A DNA stretch of 64,000 nucleotides from positions 18,527-82,526 of the forward strand of contig JAJPHT010000004.1 of the NCBI GenBank assembly GCA_021325135.1, in the 5' to 3' direction. The translations under genes were made by a program, and so were the position numbers. The DNA is from Pseudomonadota bacterium (GTDB lineage Archaea; Thermoplasmatota; SW-10-69-26; JACQPN01; JAJPHT01). The notes below the pieces were generated by a model. It did not search any database. It was given only the letters and a program-made list of their open reading frames with translations, and had not been told where the DNA came from. Shown here piece by piece: positions 1 through 10,196 of the stretch (the first letter of the stretch is position 1; every line of letters starts with the position of its first letter).

Positions 1-339
1 GGTGTCCAGGCGGACGTGGAAGCCGGTGTCGGTGTCGCCCGTCCCCTGGTCGGGGCGCAGGTCGAAGGTCGCCTTGAGCGGAGCCCCGCCCAGGGGCTGC
101 GCCATGTCATGCTCGACCGTCAGCCACTCGCCGCAGCAGGGGGGCGCCAGGCGCAGCAGGCAGTCGCCGCTGGAGCAGTCCACCGAGGCGCCGTCGCCCG
201 TGACGTTCCAGTCCTGGAAGCCCTGGTCCCACGTCTCGTGGACGAGGGGGGTCGGGCTGGCGGTCGTGAGCATCGGCACGGCGAGCGCCGTGAGGCTCGC
301 CAGAACTAGGGTGACGGCGTAGAGCCGGCTGCGGGTCAT
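1..339 (-). CDS. Secreted hypothetical protein, runs off the left edge
   Basis: Read manually: MTRSRLYAVTLVLASLTALAVPMLTTASPTPLVHETWDQGFQDW...; signal-peptide-like N-terminus, GGAG upstream, no stop before position 1. Confidence 0.7.
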   Translation of the reverse strand, partial: MTRSRLYAVTLVLASLTALAVPMLTTASPTPLVHETWDQGFQDWNVTGDGASVDCSSGDCLLRLAPPCCGEWLTVEHDMAQPLGGAPLKATFDLRPDQGTGDTDTGFHVRLDT

Positions 340-506
340 GTCTCCTCGCTCCGCCGGGCGGACCCGGCGCATCCGGGACAAGCAAGCGAGCCTTAAACCC
401 GCGCATCCAACTGGTTGCCTGGCGTGGCGGTTGTCACCAAGGGGGACGATCGCCCTGCCCCGTTCGAGGGGGCGGAGCCCGAGGGAAAAGAAAAGAGAGG
501 GGCTTG

Positions 507-923
507 TTACAACGTCGCCCGCTCGGGCACGAACTTGTAGCCGTACTGGATGACGCCGCTCTCGCCCTCGGTGTTGATGCGCCGGAAGACGGCGTGGACG
601 GGCGTGCCGACGCCCACCTGGTCGGGCTTGGCGTCCACGATCTGCGCCGTGACGCGGGGCCCCTCCTCCAGGCGCACGAGGGCCAGGAGGTAGGGCGCTT
701 GGAGCTCGAAGCCGGCGGGGGGCGCGTGGACGGTGGTGACCGCCTCGACGGCGCCCTTGCCGCTGAGCTTGAACGGCGTGAGCTTGCCGTAGCTGGCGTG
801 GCGGCACTTGGGGCAGAGCGTCCGGCTGGGGAAGAGGACGCTGCCGCAGTTGCCGCACTTGACGCCCTTCATGGCGTAGCGCTCGTCGATCTCGCGCCAG
901 AAGCGTGGGGTCTGCATGCTCAC
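507..923 (-). CDS. DUF35 Zn-ribbon/OB-fold protein (thiolase partner)
   Basis: CGNC...CPKC zinc ribbon, OB-fold, C-terminal YGYKF; GTGA overlap with the thiolase stop. Confidence 0.92.
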   Translation of the reverse strand: MSMQTPRFWREIDERYAMKGVKCGNCGSVLFPSRTLCPKCRHASYGKLTPFKLSGKGAVEAVTTVHAPPAGFELQAPYLLALVRLEEGPRVTAQIVDAKPDQVGVGTPVHAVFRRINTEGESGVIQYGYKFVPERATL

Positions 924-2101
924 TCCCTCCCGAAGATGGACACGACGGCGGTGGCGCCGCTGCCGCCCACGTTGTGCGCGAGGCCGATGCGCGCGTCGCG
1001 CACCTGGCGCTCGCCCGCGGCGCCGCGAAGCTGGGCCACGATCTCGGCGACCTGCGCGAGGCCCGTGGCGCCCGGCGGGTGGCCGCGCGCCTTGAGGCCG
1101 CCGCTGGTGTTGACGGGCATCTCGCCCGAGAGCGAGGTGAGGCCGTTCTGCGCGGCCTTGCCGCCCGCGCCCTTCTCGTAGAGGCCCAGGTCCTCCAGCG
1201 CCATGATCTCCGCGATGGTGAACGCGTCGTGGACCTCCGCGACGTCCACGTCCGCGGGCGCGACGCCCGCCTTGCGGTAGGCGAGGTCGGCCGCGGCGCG
1301 CGTCGCCGCGAAGCTCGTGATGTCAGCCCGGTCCGCCAGGGCGAAGCGGTCCGAGGCCTGCGCGCTGGCGAGGATGCGCACGGGCTTCGCGCTGGAGGAG
1401 GCCGCGATCTCGTCGCTGCAAAGCACGACCGCGGCCGCGCCGTCGACGTTCGCCGCGCAGTCGAGCATGCGCAGCGGGTCCGCCACCATGGGGCTGCGGA
1501 GCACCTGGTCCATGGTGATGGTGAACGGGTAGGCCGCCTTCTTGTTGCGCGCGCCCGCCTCGTGGTTCTTCACGGCGACGGCCGCGAGCATCTCCCGCGT
1601 GGTGCCGTGGCGGCGCATGTGCTCCTGCGCCATGAGGGCGTGGACGCCGGGGAAGGTCGCGCCGTAGAAGGCCTCCCACTCCTGGTCCAGCGCCGCCGCG
1701 AGGGTGTTGGTCTGCTCCTGGTCCATGACGTCGGTCATCTTCTCGACGCCGCCCACCACGACCACGTCCGCCTCGCCGCTGCGGATGGCGAGGTAGCCCT
1801 GCCGGAGCGCCACCGCGCCGGAGGCGTCGGCCGCCTCGATGCGCGTGGCCGGGATGCGGTTGTCCGCGAGGCCCGCCTCGTCCACCACCAGCGCGCCCAC
1901 GTGCTCCTGCCCGATGAAGCGGCCCGCGCTCATGGAGCCCACGTAGAGGCAGTCGATGTCGTCGCCCGCGATGCCCGCGTCCTTCACGGCCGCGAGGCCC
2001 GCCTGGCCGATGAGCGTGCGGAAGGAGTCCTCCCAGAGCTCGCCGAACTTCGTGACGCCCGCCCCGAGGACGTGGACGCCGCGGCCCTTGTGCGTGCTCA
2101 C
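920..2101 (-). CDS. Archaeal/SCP2-type thiolase-family protein lacking the catalytic cysteines
   Basis: Thiolase motifs (GVEKM, SGGLKARGHP, HNVGG) but EAADASG and HDAF instead of EAACASG and HDCF. Confidence 0.9.
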   Translation of the reverse strand: MSTHKGRGVHVLGAGVTKFGELWEDSFRTLIGQAGLAAVKDAGIAGDDIDCLYVGSMSAGRFIGQEHVGALVVDEAGLADNRIPATRIEAADASGAVALRQGYLAIRSGEADVVVVGGVEKMTDVMDQEQTNTLAAALDQEWEAFYGATFPGVHALMAQEHMRRHGTTREMLAAVAVKNHEAGARNKKAAYPFTITMDQVLRSPMVADPLRMLDCAANVDGAAAVVLCSDEIAASSSAKPVRILASAQASDRFALADRADITSFAATRAAADLAYRKAGVAPADVDVAEVHDAFTIAEIMALEDLGLYEKGAGGKAAQNGLTSLSGEMPVNTSGGLKARGHPPGATGLAQVAEIVAQLRGAAGERQVRDARIGLAHNVGGSGATAVVSIFGRE

Positions 2102-2409
2102 TTGTCGTCACCGATATCAAAATCCACGCCCGCGAGCGGCGGGAGCTTCCTGGGCGCGGCGTTGTTCGGCTCGGGGATGGCGTCCGCGTGGACGGGCGGC
2201 GCGGCGACGCGCTCGGGCTGCGGCATCTGGAGCGCGCTCACGTGGCGCGGGTCCATGCCCATCCGGGCGAGGTGCTCGCGGCGCGCGTCCACCATGGCGC
2301 GGCCTTCCGCGAAGAAGGCGCCCTTGGAGAGGACGGCGTCGTGGGGCTCGGGAGTCTTGGGGCCCTTCTTGGGGGCCGGGAACGGGACGTTGGGAGTGAA
2401 CTCGGTCAG
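2098..2409 (-). CDS. Small Pro-rich hypothetical protein between HMG-CoA synthase and thiolase
   Basis: Open frame fills the gap; its TGA overlaps the thiolase GTG; start is either CTG at 2409 (overlapping the HMGS stop) or ATG at 2295. Confidence 0.5.
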   Translation of the reverse strand: MTEFTPNVPFPAPKKGPKTPEPHDAVLSKGAFFAEGRAMVDARREHLARMGMDPRHVSALQMPQPERVAAPPVHADAIPEPNNAAPRKLPPLAGVDFDIGDDK

Positions 2410-3470
2410 GCGGAGGCCCCCTTCTGGATCTTTCCACGGTACTTGGCGTAGGTGGCGTAGTCGACGTACTCCTTGTCGGCCACGAGGTCCTGCACGGTGG
2501 GCGTGCGGGCGCGGTCGAGGCGCGAGATGGCGTCGGTGACGGTGATGTCGAAGGCGTCGGCGCCGGCGCCGCTGCCGTAGGCGCACAGGAAGATGCGGTC
2601 GCCCGGCGCGGCCTCGTCGAGGATGGCGCACAGGCCCAGCACGCTGGAGCCCGAGTAGGTGTTGCCGATGATGGGCGTCAGCAGGCCGGTCTTGTACTGC
2701 TCGCTGGTGAAGCCCATCTTCTCGCAGATGCGCACGGGGAACTTGCCGTTGGGCTGGTGGACCACCGCGTAGCGGTAGTCCTTCGCGCTGGTGCCAGCCT
2801 TCCGAAAGAGCCCCTCGCTGGCCTCGCGGACGTGGCGGAAGTAGGCGGGCTCGCCGGTGAAGCGGCCGCCGTGCGTGGGGTAGCGCTGCCCCTCGCGGCG
2901 CCAGAAGTCGGGCGTGTCGGTGGTGTACGAGGTCGTGTGGTCGATGCGCGCGACGACGTCCTTGGTGCCGATGACGAAGGCGGCCGCGCCCGCGCTGGCG
3001 GAGTACTCCAGCGCGTCGCCGGGCGCCCCCTGGGAGGTGTCCGCGCCGATGGCCAGCGCGTTCTGGATGTAGCCCGCCTTCACGAGCCCCATGGCGGCCT
3101 GCATCGCGGCGGTGCCCGCCTTGCAGGCGAACTCGAAGTCCGCGGCCGTCATGCGCGGGTCGCAGTCGATGGCCTCGCTCACGATGGTGGCCGTGGGCTT
3201 CACCGCGTAGACGTGGCTCTCGGAGCCCACGTAGATGGCGCCGATGGTGGCGGGGTCGACGCGCCCGCGCGCGAGGGCCTGCCGCGCGGCGTCCACCGAG
3301 AGGGTGGTGGTGTCCTGGTCGGGCGAGGGGACGGACTTCTCGAAGACGCCCAGCCCCTTCTTGATGCTCTCGGGATCCTCGCCCCACACCCGCGCGATCT
3401 CCTCGCTGCGGATGCGGTAGCGGGGGATCGACGCTCCGTAGGAGACGATCCCCACCACGGGGTCCGACAT
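2406..3470 (-). CDS. Archaeal hydroxymethylglutaryl-CoA synthase
   Basis: [33 protein letters not shown] (catalytic Cys), [15 protein letters not shown]; clustered with thiolase and DUF35. Confidence 0.95.
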   Translation of the reverse strand: MSDPVVGIVSYGASIPRYRIRSEEIARVWGEDPESIKKGLGVFEKSVPSPDQDTTTLSVDAARQALARGRVDPATIGAIYVGSESHVYAVKPTATIVSEAIDCDPRMTAADFEFACKAGTAAMQAAMGLVKAGYIQNALAIGADTSQGAPGDALEYSASAGAAAFVIGTKDVVARIDHTTSYTTDTPDFWRREGQRYPTHGGRFTGEPAYFRHVREASEGLFRKAGTSAKDYRYAVVHQPNGKFPVRICEKMGFTSEQYKTGLLTPIIGNTYSGSSVLGLCAILDEAAPGDRIFLCAYGSGAGADAFDITVTDAISRLDRARTPTVQDLVADKEYVDYATYAKYRGKIQKGASA

Positions 3471-3493
3471 GCGCGGCGCTACGCCCGTCCCGG

Positions 3494-3500
3494 TATTATA
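3494..3500 (-). promoter_or_regulatory. TATA-box-like element for the HMG-CoA synthase operon
   Basis: TATAATA on the minus strand about 24-30 bp upstream of the ATG, in a very GC-rich background. Confidence 0.6.
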
Positions 3501-3548
3501 GATGACGGGACCGATGTCGCGTTGCATCGGCAAGCGTCGACATCCAGC

Positions 3549-4295
3549 CTACGGGGGCGGCTTGAGCGACATGCGCCCCGGGGGGCTCTCCGGGAGGGGC
3601 GCGCGGACGCCCTCCGCGGGGGGCTGCCCGGGGGGCGCGGCGCGCCGCCGCAGGAGGGCCCACGCGCCGGCCGCGCCCGCCGCGACCAGGAGGGCGCCGC
3701 CCGCCACGTAGGGGAGCGCGTGCGCGAGGGCGGGAGGGAGGAGGGCCCGCTGCACCGCGTAGCCGTCCAGCGCGCGGGTGCCGTCCGCCTCCTTCCAGCC
3801 GTTGCCGGGCGTGTAGACGATGGTGGAGGCGCCCACGTTCTGGAGCACCGAGCCGGGGCCAAGCCCGGGGACGCTGGCGTAGGGGATGCGCGCGGTGTAG
3901 GAGCCGGGCTTTCCGGTCTTCGCCGAGACGCGGTCGAGGCCGCCCTGCATCTTCTCGGGGGAGTTGCTGGCCGCGAACTGCTGCGTGGTGCGCAGGCTCG
4001 TCGCGAGCTTGCCCGACGAGGTGACGGCGACCATGGCGATCCAGCGCGCGCCGTTGAAGTCGAACCCGATGGCCATGCCGTGGTCGGGCGTGAGGTTGTC
4101 CATCTCGCGGACCTTGAACGTGAAGACGACGCCCGAGGGGTCGGGCTCGAACCAGGCGGCGAGGAAGTCCAGGTCGGGGCTGGACGTGGCGTCCGCCGTG
4201 TCCGTGATGTCGGGGTTCGCCTCGTCGCCCGCCTGCGCGAGGGGCAGCAGGAGCGCGCTCGCGAGGACGATGGCCCAAGCCGTCTGAAGCCTCAC
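3549..4295 (-). CDS. Secreted, C-terminally membrane-anchored hypothetical protein
   Basis: Signal peptide (AWAIVLASALLLPLAQAG), beta-rich middle, C-terminal TM helix followed by RRR. Confidence 0.7.
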   Translation of the reverse strand: MRLQTAWAIVLASALLLPLAQAGDEANPDITDTADATSSPDLDFLAAWFEPDPSGVVFTFKVREMDNLTPDHGMAIGFDFNGARWIAMVAVTSSGKLATSLRTTQQFAASNSPEKMQGGLDRVSAKTGKPGSYTARIPYASVPGLGPGSVLQNVGASTIVYTPGNGWKEADGTRALDGYAVQRALLPPALAHALPYVAGGALLVAAGAAGAWALLRRRAAPPGQPPAEGVRAPLPESPPGRMSLKPPP

Positions 4296-4342
4296 GAGGG
4301 CCGGAGGCGCCCGGCCCGGAGAAAAGCGTTGTGGAGCCGGGG

Positions 4343-5035
4343 TCACCCGATGTCGCGCAGCACTTCGATCATCTTGTCCAGCGGCATGCGCGTGACCACC
4401 AGGGGGATCGTCTCGGTCTTGGCGAGGCGCAGGGCGAGGTCGTCCATCTTCTCGGGGCGGTGGTAGACGATGAGGGCCGGCTTCATGGGGTGGACGCGGA
4501 TGGCGACCATGGGGCTGCGGCCGGTGCTGATGCCGGTGAAGATGAGCGCGCGCTCGCTGGTCCACCCGTAGATCTTCATGTACTCGAAGGCGGTGAGCGA
4601 GGTGATCGCCTTCACGGAGTCGATGATGGTGTAGCCCTTGAGCTCGTGGTGGAGGTTCTCCTCGTTGGCCAGCGTCTCGCCCTCGATGGCCTGGACGAAC
4701 TTCGTCATGGGCACGGGGATGAGAAGCTCGCGGATGTCCAGGATCGCCTCGTTGGTCTCCATCATCGACTGGTAGTTGCGCAGGACGCGGTTGCCTCGCT
4801 CCTCGTCGATGGCCAGCAGCCCCTTGACGATGCGCTGGACGGTCAAGGTGCCCGGGCTCTTGCGGCGGCCGGACTCGTAGTCGCTGATGACCGAGGGGGA
4901 GACGCCCAGGAACTCGGCGAGCTCCGTCTGGGAGGCCTGGAAGATCTCCCGCCACTTGCGGATGGTGGGGCCGGGCTCGCGCGAGAGGGTGATCTCGCCG
5001 GCCATCTTCTCGGCCATCCTGTCCTTGATCGTCAC
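4343..5035 (-). CDS. XRE-family HTH transcriptional regulator (archaeal COG1709-like)
   Basis: IRKWREIFQASQTELAEFLGVSPSVISDYESGRRKSPG, STGRSPMVAIRV; CTTTTATC TATA-like box upstream. Confidence 0.9.
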   Translation of the reverse strand: MTIKDRMAEKMAGEITLSREPGPTIRKWREIFQASQTELAEFLGVSPSVISDYESGRRKSPGTLTVQRIVKGLLAIDEERGNRVLRNYQSMMETNEAILDIRELLIPVPMTKFVQAIEGETLANEENLHHELKGYTIIDSVKAITSLTAFEYMKIYGWTSERALIFTGISTGRSPMVAIRVHPMKPALIVYHRPEKMDDLALRLAKTETIPLVVTRMPLDKMIEVLRDIG

Positions 5036-5203
5036 GCGCGCCCATCGGCGCGTGCCGATAAAAAGCTGCCGTGAGTGGCTTCGGGGGTTGCCGTAGGCGC
5101 GGTGGTCGCGCGCGTGGTGCGCGGGGGCGCGCCCCCGCGCACCACACGCGCGCGACCACCAAGGAAGCGAACGTTGAAGCGAGACCCAGGGTTCGGCGTG
5201 CCC

Positions 5204-6469
5204 ATGCCGGTGGCGATGGGGCGTGGCGCCTACGTGCGCATGCTCGCCGCCGTCTACGCCGCGCTCTTCCTTATCCGCATCGCGTTCGGCGTCGTTCTGG
5301 TCACGTTCCCCAAGTACGTGCCCGGCGGCTCCGACACGCTGGGCTGGCTCTCCGCGGCCTCGCCCCTGCTGGAGCTGATCACCATCTTCTTCGCGCCCGT
5401 GTTCATCGCGCGCTACGGCCGCAAGGGCATCCTCCTCACCGGCCTCGCCCTGGGCGCCGTCGCGCTCTACGGGCTCGCCCTCACGCGCGCGCCGCTCCTC
5501 CTGGGCGCCATCTACGCGGTGCACGGCGTCGCGTCGGGATTCATCCTCGTCACGACGCTGGCCGTCATCGCGAAGTACGCGCAGCCCCAGCACCGCGGCC
5601 GCGAGATGGGCATCTTCAACTTCGTCAACATCTTTGGCCTCGTGGGCGGCATCGTCGTGGGCTTCCTCCTCTCGGAGGCGTTCCGCGACGACCTGGAGTA
5701 CACGTTCGTCATCGCGGGCGCCCTGGCCACGCTGGGGCTCCTCTACGCGAACCGCGTCATCCAGCTCCCCCCCGACGAGGAGGACGTCGCCGCGCGGGAG
5801 CGCCCCCGCTTCCGCGCCGCGGTGCGCAGCATGACCAACGGCCGCATCCTCCTCCTCACGCTGCCCTGGCTCATCGTGTGGACCCTCGTCGCGGCGTTCC
5901 TCACCTTCTTCCCGCGCATCACCGACACGCTCCAGATCGGCGGCGTGCGCACCGCGCTCTCCGTCCTCGCCGTGGGTGCGCTCCTCGTCTTCGCGATGCT
6001 CCTGTGGGGCTGGCTCGCGGACCGCTTGGGCCACGACGTCGTCATGCTCGTGGGCGCTGTCGGGCTGGCGCTCCTCATGGGCACCGTCGTCTACGCCTTC
6101 TTCGCCACGCAGAGCACCGATCCCAAGGTGGTCTTCGACGCCGTGATGGGGCACCGCGTCCTCATCGCCGTCTTCCTCTTCGCCGCCCTCGCGTTCGCGC
6201 CCGCGGGGCTCGCCGCCATCGCGGACCAGGCGCAGGGCGAGGCGCAGGGCGGCGCCATGAGCGCCTACGCCCTCACGCTCTCCCTGGGCTTCATCGTCGG
6301 GCCCCCCGTCGTGGGCGAGATCGCGACGCTGGACGCGAGCTACTCCATGGGGGGCCGCCTCATCGTCCTCTTCTACGCCGCGCTCGCGCTGGCCATCCTG
6401 GCGCTGGTCGCGGCCCACTACGCGCGCCGCCGCGGCGCGCCCGCGACGCCCGAGGTCGTGCACCCATGA
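5204..6469 (+). CDS. MFS transporter
   Basis: About 12 hydrophobic helices; motif-A-like ARYGRK and GWLADRLG. Confidence 0.88.
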   Translation: MPVAMGRGAYVRMLAAVYAALFLIRIAFGVVLVTFPKYVPGGSDTLGWLSAASPLLELITIFFAPVFIARYGRKGILLTGLALGAVALYGLALTRAPLLLGAIYAVHGVASGFILVTTLAVIAKYAQPQHRGREMGIFNFVNIFGLVGGIVVGFLLSEAFRDDLEYTFVIAGALATLGLLYANRVIQLPPDEEDVAARERPRFRAAVRSMTNGRILLLTLPWLIVWTLVAAFLTFFPRITDTLQIGGVRTALSVLAVGALLVFAMLLWGWLADRLGHDVVMLVGAVGLALLMGTVVYAFFATQSTDPKVVFDAVMGHRVLIAVFLFAALAFAPAGLAAIADQAQGEAQGGAMSAYALTLSLGFIVGPPVVGEIATLDASYSMGGRLIVLFYAALALAILALVAAHYARRRGAPATPEVVHP

Positions 6470-7476
6470 GCGCCATCATCGAGGCCAAGGACCTGCGCAT
6501 GTGGTTCGGCAAGCCCGAGCAGAAGGACTCCAAGGGGAAGCCCAAAGGGGTCAAGGCCGTCGACGGCATCGACCTCTCCATCCGCAAGGGCGAGATCTTC
6601 GGCCTCCTGGGCCCCAACGGCGCGGGGAAGACGACCACGCTCTCGATGCTCGTCACCATCAAGCGCCCCACGGGCGGCTGGGCGCGCGTCGCGGGCTTCG
6701 ACGTCGCCAAGGACCCCGACGAGGTGCGGCGCCACGTGGGCATCGTCTTCCAGGAGCCCAGCCTCGACACGCTCCTCTCCGCCCGCGAGAACCTCCTCCT
6801 CCACGGCCGCCTCTACGGCGTCCCGCCCCGCGAGCTTCCCGGCCGCGCCAAGGAGATGCTGGAGCTGGTCGGCCTCGCGGACCGCGCGGACGACCTCGTG
6901 AAGAAGTACAGCGGCGGCATGAAGCGCCGCCTGGAGATCGCGCGCGGCCTCTTCCACCGCCCCGAGGTGATCTTCCTCGACGAGCCCACCCTGGGCCTCG
7001 ATCCCGCGACGCGCGAGCACATCTGGGACTACATCCGCAAGCTGCGCGACACGATGGGCACCACCGTCGTCCTCACGACGCACTACATGGAGGAGGCGGA
7101 CTCGCTCTGCGACCGCATCGCCATCATCGACAAGGGGAAGATCGCGACCCTGGGCACGCCCCGCGAGCTGAAGGCGGAGCTTGGCGGCGACCTCGTGACG
7201 CTCCAGGGCGCGCGCAAGGCGCGCAAGGCCGTGGAGGCGCTCCCCTTCGTGAAGAAGGTCGAGGAGAAGGGCGACGCCCTCATCCTCACCGTGGAGAACG
7301 CGGGGCACAACCTCCCCAAGATCCTCGCCGCCGCGGGCCAGGTGGAGAGCGTCGAGGTGCGCACGCCGCGCCTGGAGGACGTGTTCCTCCACCACACCGG
7401 CCGCGGCCTGCGCGAGGAGGGGGGCGAGGACTGGTTCGACCAGTACGCCAACATGGCGTCCCGGGGGCAGGGCTGA
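6466..7476 (+). CDS. ABC-2/DrrA-type exporter ATP-binding subunit
   Basis: GPNGAGKT, YSGGMKRR, FLDEPT, LTTHYMEE; ATGA overlap with the MFS gene. Confidence 0.95.
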   Translation: MSAIIEAKDLRMWFGKPEQKDSKGKPKGVKAVDGIDLSIRKGEIFGLLGPNGAGKTTTLSMLVTIKRPTGGWARVAGFDVAKDPDEVRRHVGIVFQEPSLDTLLSARENLLLHGRLYGVPPRELPGRAKEMLELVGLADRADDLVKKYSGGMKRRLEIARGLFHRPEVIFLDEPTLGLDPATREHIWDYIRKLRDTMGTTVVLTTHYMEEADSLCDRIAIIDKGKIATLGTPRELKAELGGDLVTLQGARKARKAVEALPFVKKVEEKGDALILTVENAGHNLPKILAAAGQVESVEVRTPRLEDVFLHHTGRGLREEGGEDWFDQYANMASRGQG

Positions 7477-7540
7477 CCGACGACGTGAATCCGTTTGGAC
7501 AGGGGAAACTTTTTCACCCCGGGTCGCGTCGGAGGCGCCG

Positions 7541-9271
7541 ATGGTTGTGCGAGTCCCAGCCCTGCTTATCCTGGCCTCTTTGCTTCTCCTCAACGTCGTC
7601 GTCGCCACCCCGGATGGCCCCGCCGACGCCACCCTGACCATCGTCTCGGGCACAAGCGGCGGCTACGGCTGGTACCGCACGCCCGTCGGGATGGACTTCA
7701 ACGCCCACGGCCGCGTCGCCAACGGATCGTACGCTCCCATCCAGTCCCTGGACGTCGTGCGCGACGGCGCCGCGCATGGCCACGCCACGTACGTGGACGA
7801 GTTCGAGACGGCGGCCGCCTGGAACGGCTCCAGCCTCCAGGGCGCTGCGGACCCCACGCTTCACGCGGACGGCACGCTCGTCCAGCAGGGCTTCGCCTCC
7901 CTCAACGTGACCGCCGTGCAGCCCGCCGACGCTCACGACCACCAGGCGAAGGTCACCCGGGCCGCGAGCCTCAACCTCTCTGCCTACGACACTGCCAAGC
8001 TGGCCATCCGCTACGACACGTCCCACTCGGGCTACCTCGTGGGCGGCGTCTACGTCGGCCGCGACGGCAACGTGACCCTGAAGCTCTTCGACGGCGCGCA
8101 GACCACGCTCAGCCAGACCATCGAGCTCTCGCCGGGCGTCTGGAACCAGGTCACGCTGAACCTCTCGGCCATGACCTCGCCCAACGTGACCGCCATCGAG
8201 GTGGACATCGACTCCCCCCGCGCCACCTACGCGCTCACCTCCTCCGAGACGCAGTGGTTCAACCTCGACGGCTTCCGCGCCTTCGCCAAGGCGGACCTCG
8301 TGGAGTCCTCCGAGGGCGACCACCTCTGGCACGTCCGCGTGAACGACTCCGCGGGCTCCACCGACGCGGCGGACGTCCACGTCCGCGTCGACATGACGGC
8401 CCCCACCACCAATGCCAGCATCAACGGCACGCTGGGCCAGAACGGCTGGTACGTCAGCTCCACCAAGGTCCTCTTCAACGGCTCCGACGCCCTCAGCGGC
8501 TACCAGAGCACCCGCTGCACGATCAATGGCGGCTCGCTCATGAACTGCCCCGGCTACGTCCTCATCCCCGCCTCCGACGGCGCCTACACCGTTTCGTACT
8601 GGGGCTACGACTACGCGGGCAACCAGGAAACGCACCAGTCCATCGTCGTGCGCCAAGACCGGAACGCGCCCAACTTCGGCTACACGCGCACCTCCACGGG
8701 CACGTGCTTCCCCAACGGCTGGTGCAACGGCAACGTCACCCTGGCCATCAGCGCGAGCGACGGAGCCAGCGGCCTCGCGAACGTTTCGTACCGCGTCAAT
8801 GGAGGCGCCTGGACGACCACCGCCAACGGCACCACCACCCTCTCGTTCGCCACCGACGGCTGGTACAACGTCGAAGGATACGCCGTGGACAACGCGGGGA
8901 ACGCGCTTTCCACGCGCACGTACAGCTTCGGCGTCGACAAGACGCGCCCGGTGGTCGACTCGTACTCGCCCAACGCCACGGCGTGCCCCTCGGACATCGT
9001 CGCGGCGCTCTACCACGACGCGACGAGCGGCGTCGACGCGAACGGCACGACCCTGCGCGTCGAGCAGCACGTCGGCACCGCGCCGGCGGACCGCTGGGTC
9101 GACGTGACCTCCGCGGGAACGATCCACAAGGACGGATCGTCGATTACGTGGACCTCCACCGGGCCCATGGCCGTGGGCGACTACCGCGCGACGGTCAACG
9201 TGCAGGACAACGCGGCGAACGTCGCGGCGCTCCAGTGGGGCTTCACCGTCGGGCTCTACTCGTACTGCTGA
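7541..9271 (+). CDS. Secreted protein with tandem Ig-like/OmpL47-like beta modules
   Basis: Signal peptide; repeated D-x-x-x-P, D-x-x-SG and D-x-AGN modules. Confidence 0.75.
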   Translation: MVVRVPALLILASLLLLNVVVATPDGPADATLTIVSGTSGGYGWYRTPVGMDFNAHGRVANGSYAPIQSLDVVRDGAAHGHATYVDEFETAAAWNGSSLQGAADPTLHADGTLVQQGFASLNVTAVQPADAHDHQAKVTRAASLNLSAYDTAKLAIRYDTSHSGYLVGGVYVGRDGNVTLKLFDGAQTTLSQTIELSPGVWNQVTLNLSAMTSPNVTAIEVDIDSPRATYALTSSETQWFNLDGFRAFAKADLVESSEGDHLWHVRVNDSAGSTDAADVHVRVDMTAPTTNASINGTLGQNGWYVSSTKVLFNGSDALSGYQSTRCTINGGSLMNCPGYVLIPASDGAYTVSYWGYDYAGNQETHQSIVVRQDRNAPNFGYTRTSTGTCFPNGWCNGNVTLAISASDGASGLANVSYRVNGGAWTTTANGTTTLSFATDGWYNVEGYAVDNAGNALSTRTYSFGVDKTRPVVDSYSPNATACPSDIVAALYHDATSGVDANGTTLRVEQHVGTAPADRWVDVTSAGTIHKDGSSITWTSTGPMAVGDYRATVNVQDNAANVAALQWGFTVGLYSYC

Positions 9272-9332
9272 ACCGGGCCACGGGGGGCGGGGACCCGCGA
9301 CCTTCATAGGCCGCCCCCGCCTCCCCTGGCCA

Positions 9333-10094
9333 ATGGGCCACGAAGGGCAGGCGATGTACGCGCTCTGGCTGCGCGAGATGAAGGTCTTCCTGCGGGAGAA
9401 GCCGCGCATCGTGAGCGCCATCGTCACGCCGCTCCTGCTCATCGGCGCCATCGGCACGGGCTTCGCCGCCACGACGCAGTTCATCGACCCGCGCTATCAG
9501 GGCATCTCCTACGAGTCGTTCATGTTCCCCGGCGTCCTCGCCATGGGCGTCCTCTTCGGCACCGTGTTCTACGGGCTCAACATCGTCTGGGACAAGCGCC
9601 TCGACGTGCTCAAGGAGGTGCTCGTGGCGCCCGTCTCGCGCACGACGATCTTCTTCGGCAAGGTCATCGGCGGCAGCACGCAGGCCGTCGCGCAGAGCGC
9701 CATCCTCCTCGTGGCGGGCCTCTTCCTGTTCCACACCTCGCTCGCGGGCTCGCTCCTCGCCCTCCTCTTCGCGCTGCTCCTGGCCATCCTCTTCGTGAGC
9801 ATCGGCCTCTTCCTGGGCAGCTTCTTCGAGAGCTTCGAAGGCTTCCAGCTCATCGTGAGCTTCGTCGTCTTCCCGCTCTTCTTCCTCTCGGGCGCGCTCT
9901 ACCCCGTGGAGAACCTGCCCACCTGGCTCACGGTCGTCACGCGGCTCAACCCCGCGACCTACGCCGTGGACGGCCTGCGCGGCGCGCTCCTGGGCCCCAC
10001 CGCGTTCGGCTACGCCACCGACGCGGCCGTGCTCCTGGGCTTCGGGCTCGCCTTCCTCGCGGCGGGCACGTGGGCGTTCAAGCGCATGACCTGA
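9333..10094 (+). CDS. ABC-2 type exporter permease
   Basis: Six TM helices; LVAPVSR, FLSGALYP, NPATYAVDGLR. Confidence 0.93.
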   Translation: MGHEGQAMYALWLREMKVFLREKPRIVSAIVTPLLLIGAIGTGFAATTQFIDPRYQGISYESFMFPGVLAMGVLFGTVFYGLNIVWDKRLDVLKEVLVAPVSRTTIFFGKVIGGSTQAVAQSAILLVAGLFLFHTSLAGSLLALLFALLLAILFVSIGLFLGSFFESFEGFQLIVSFVVFPLFFLSGALYPVENLPTWLTVVTRLNPATYAVDGLRGALLGPTAFGYATDAAVLLGFGLAFLAAGTWAFKRMT

Positions 10095-10196
10095 TCCGCC
10101 GCGCGTGCCCTCCTGGGCCGGCTCGCCGAACGCCGGCATCCAGCCGTTCGTCGAATGGGCGGCAACCGGGAAACGCGGCTTCGGCCACGGAAGCGC

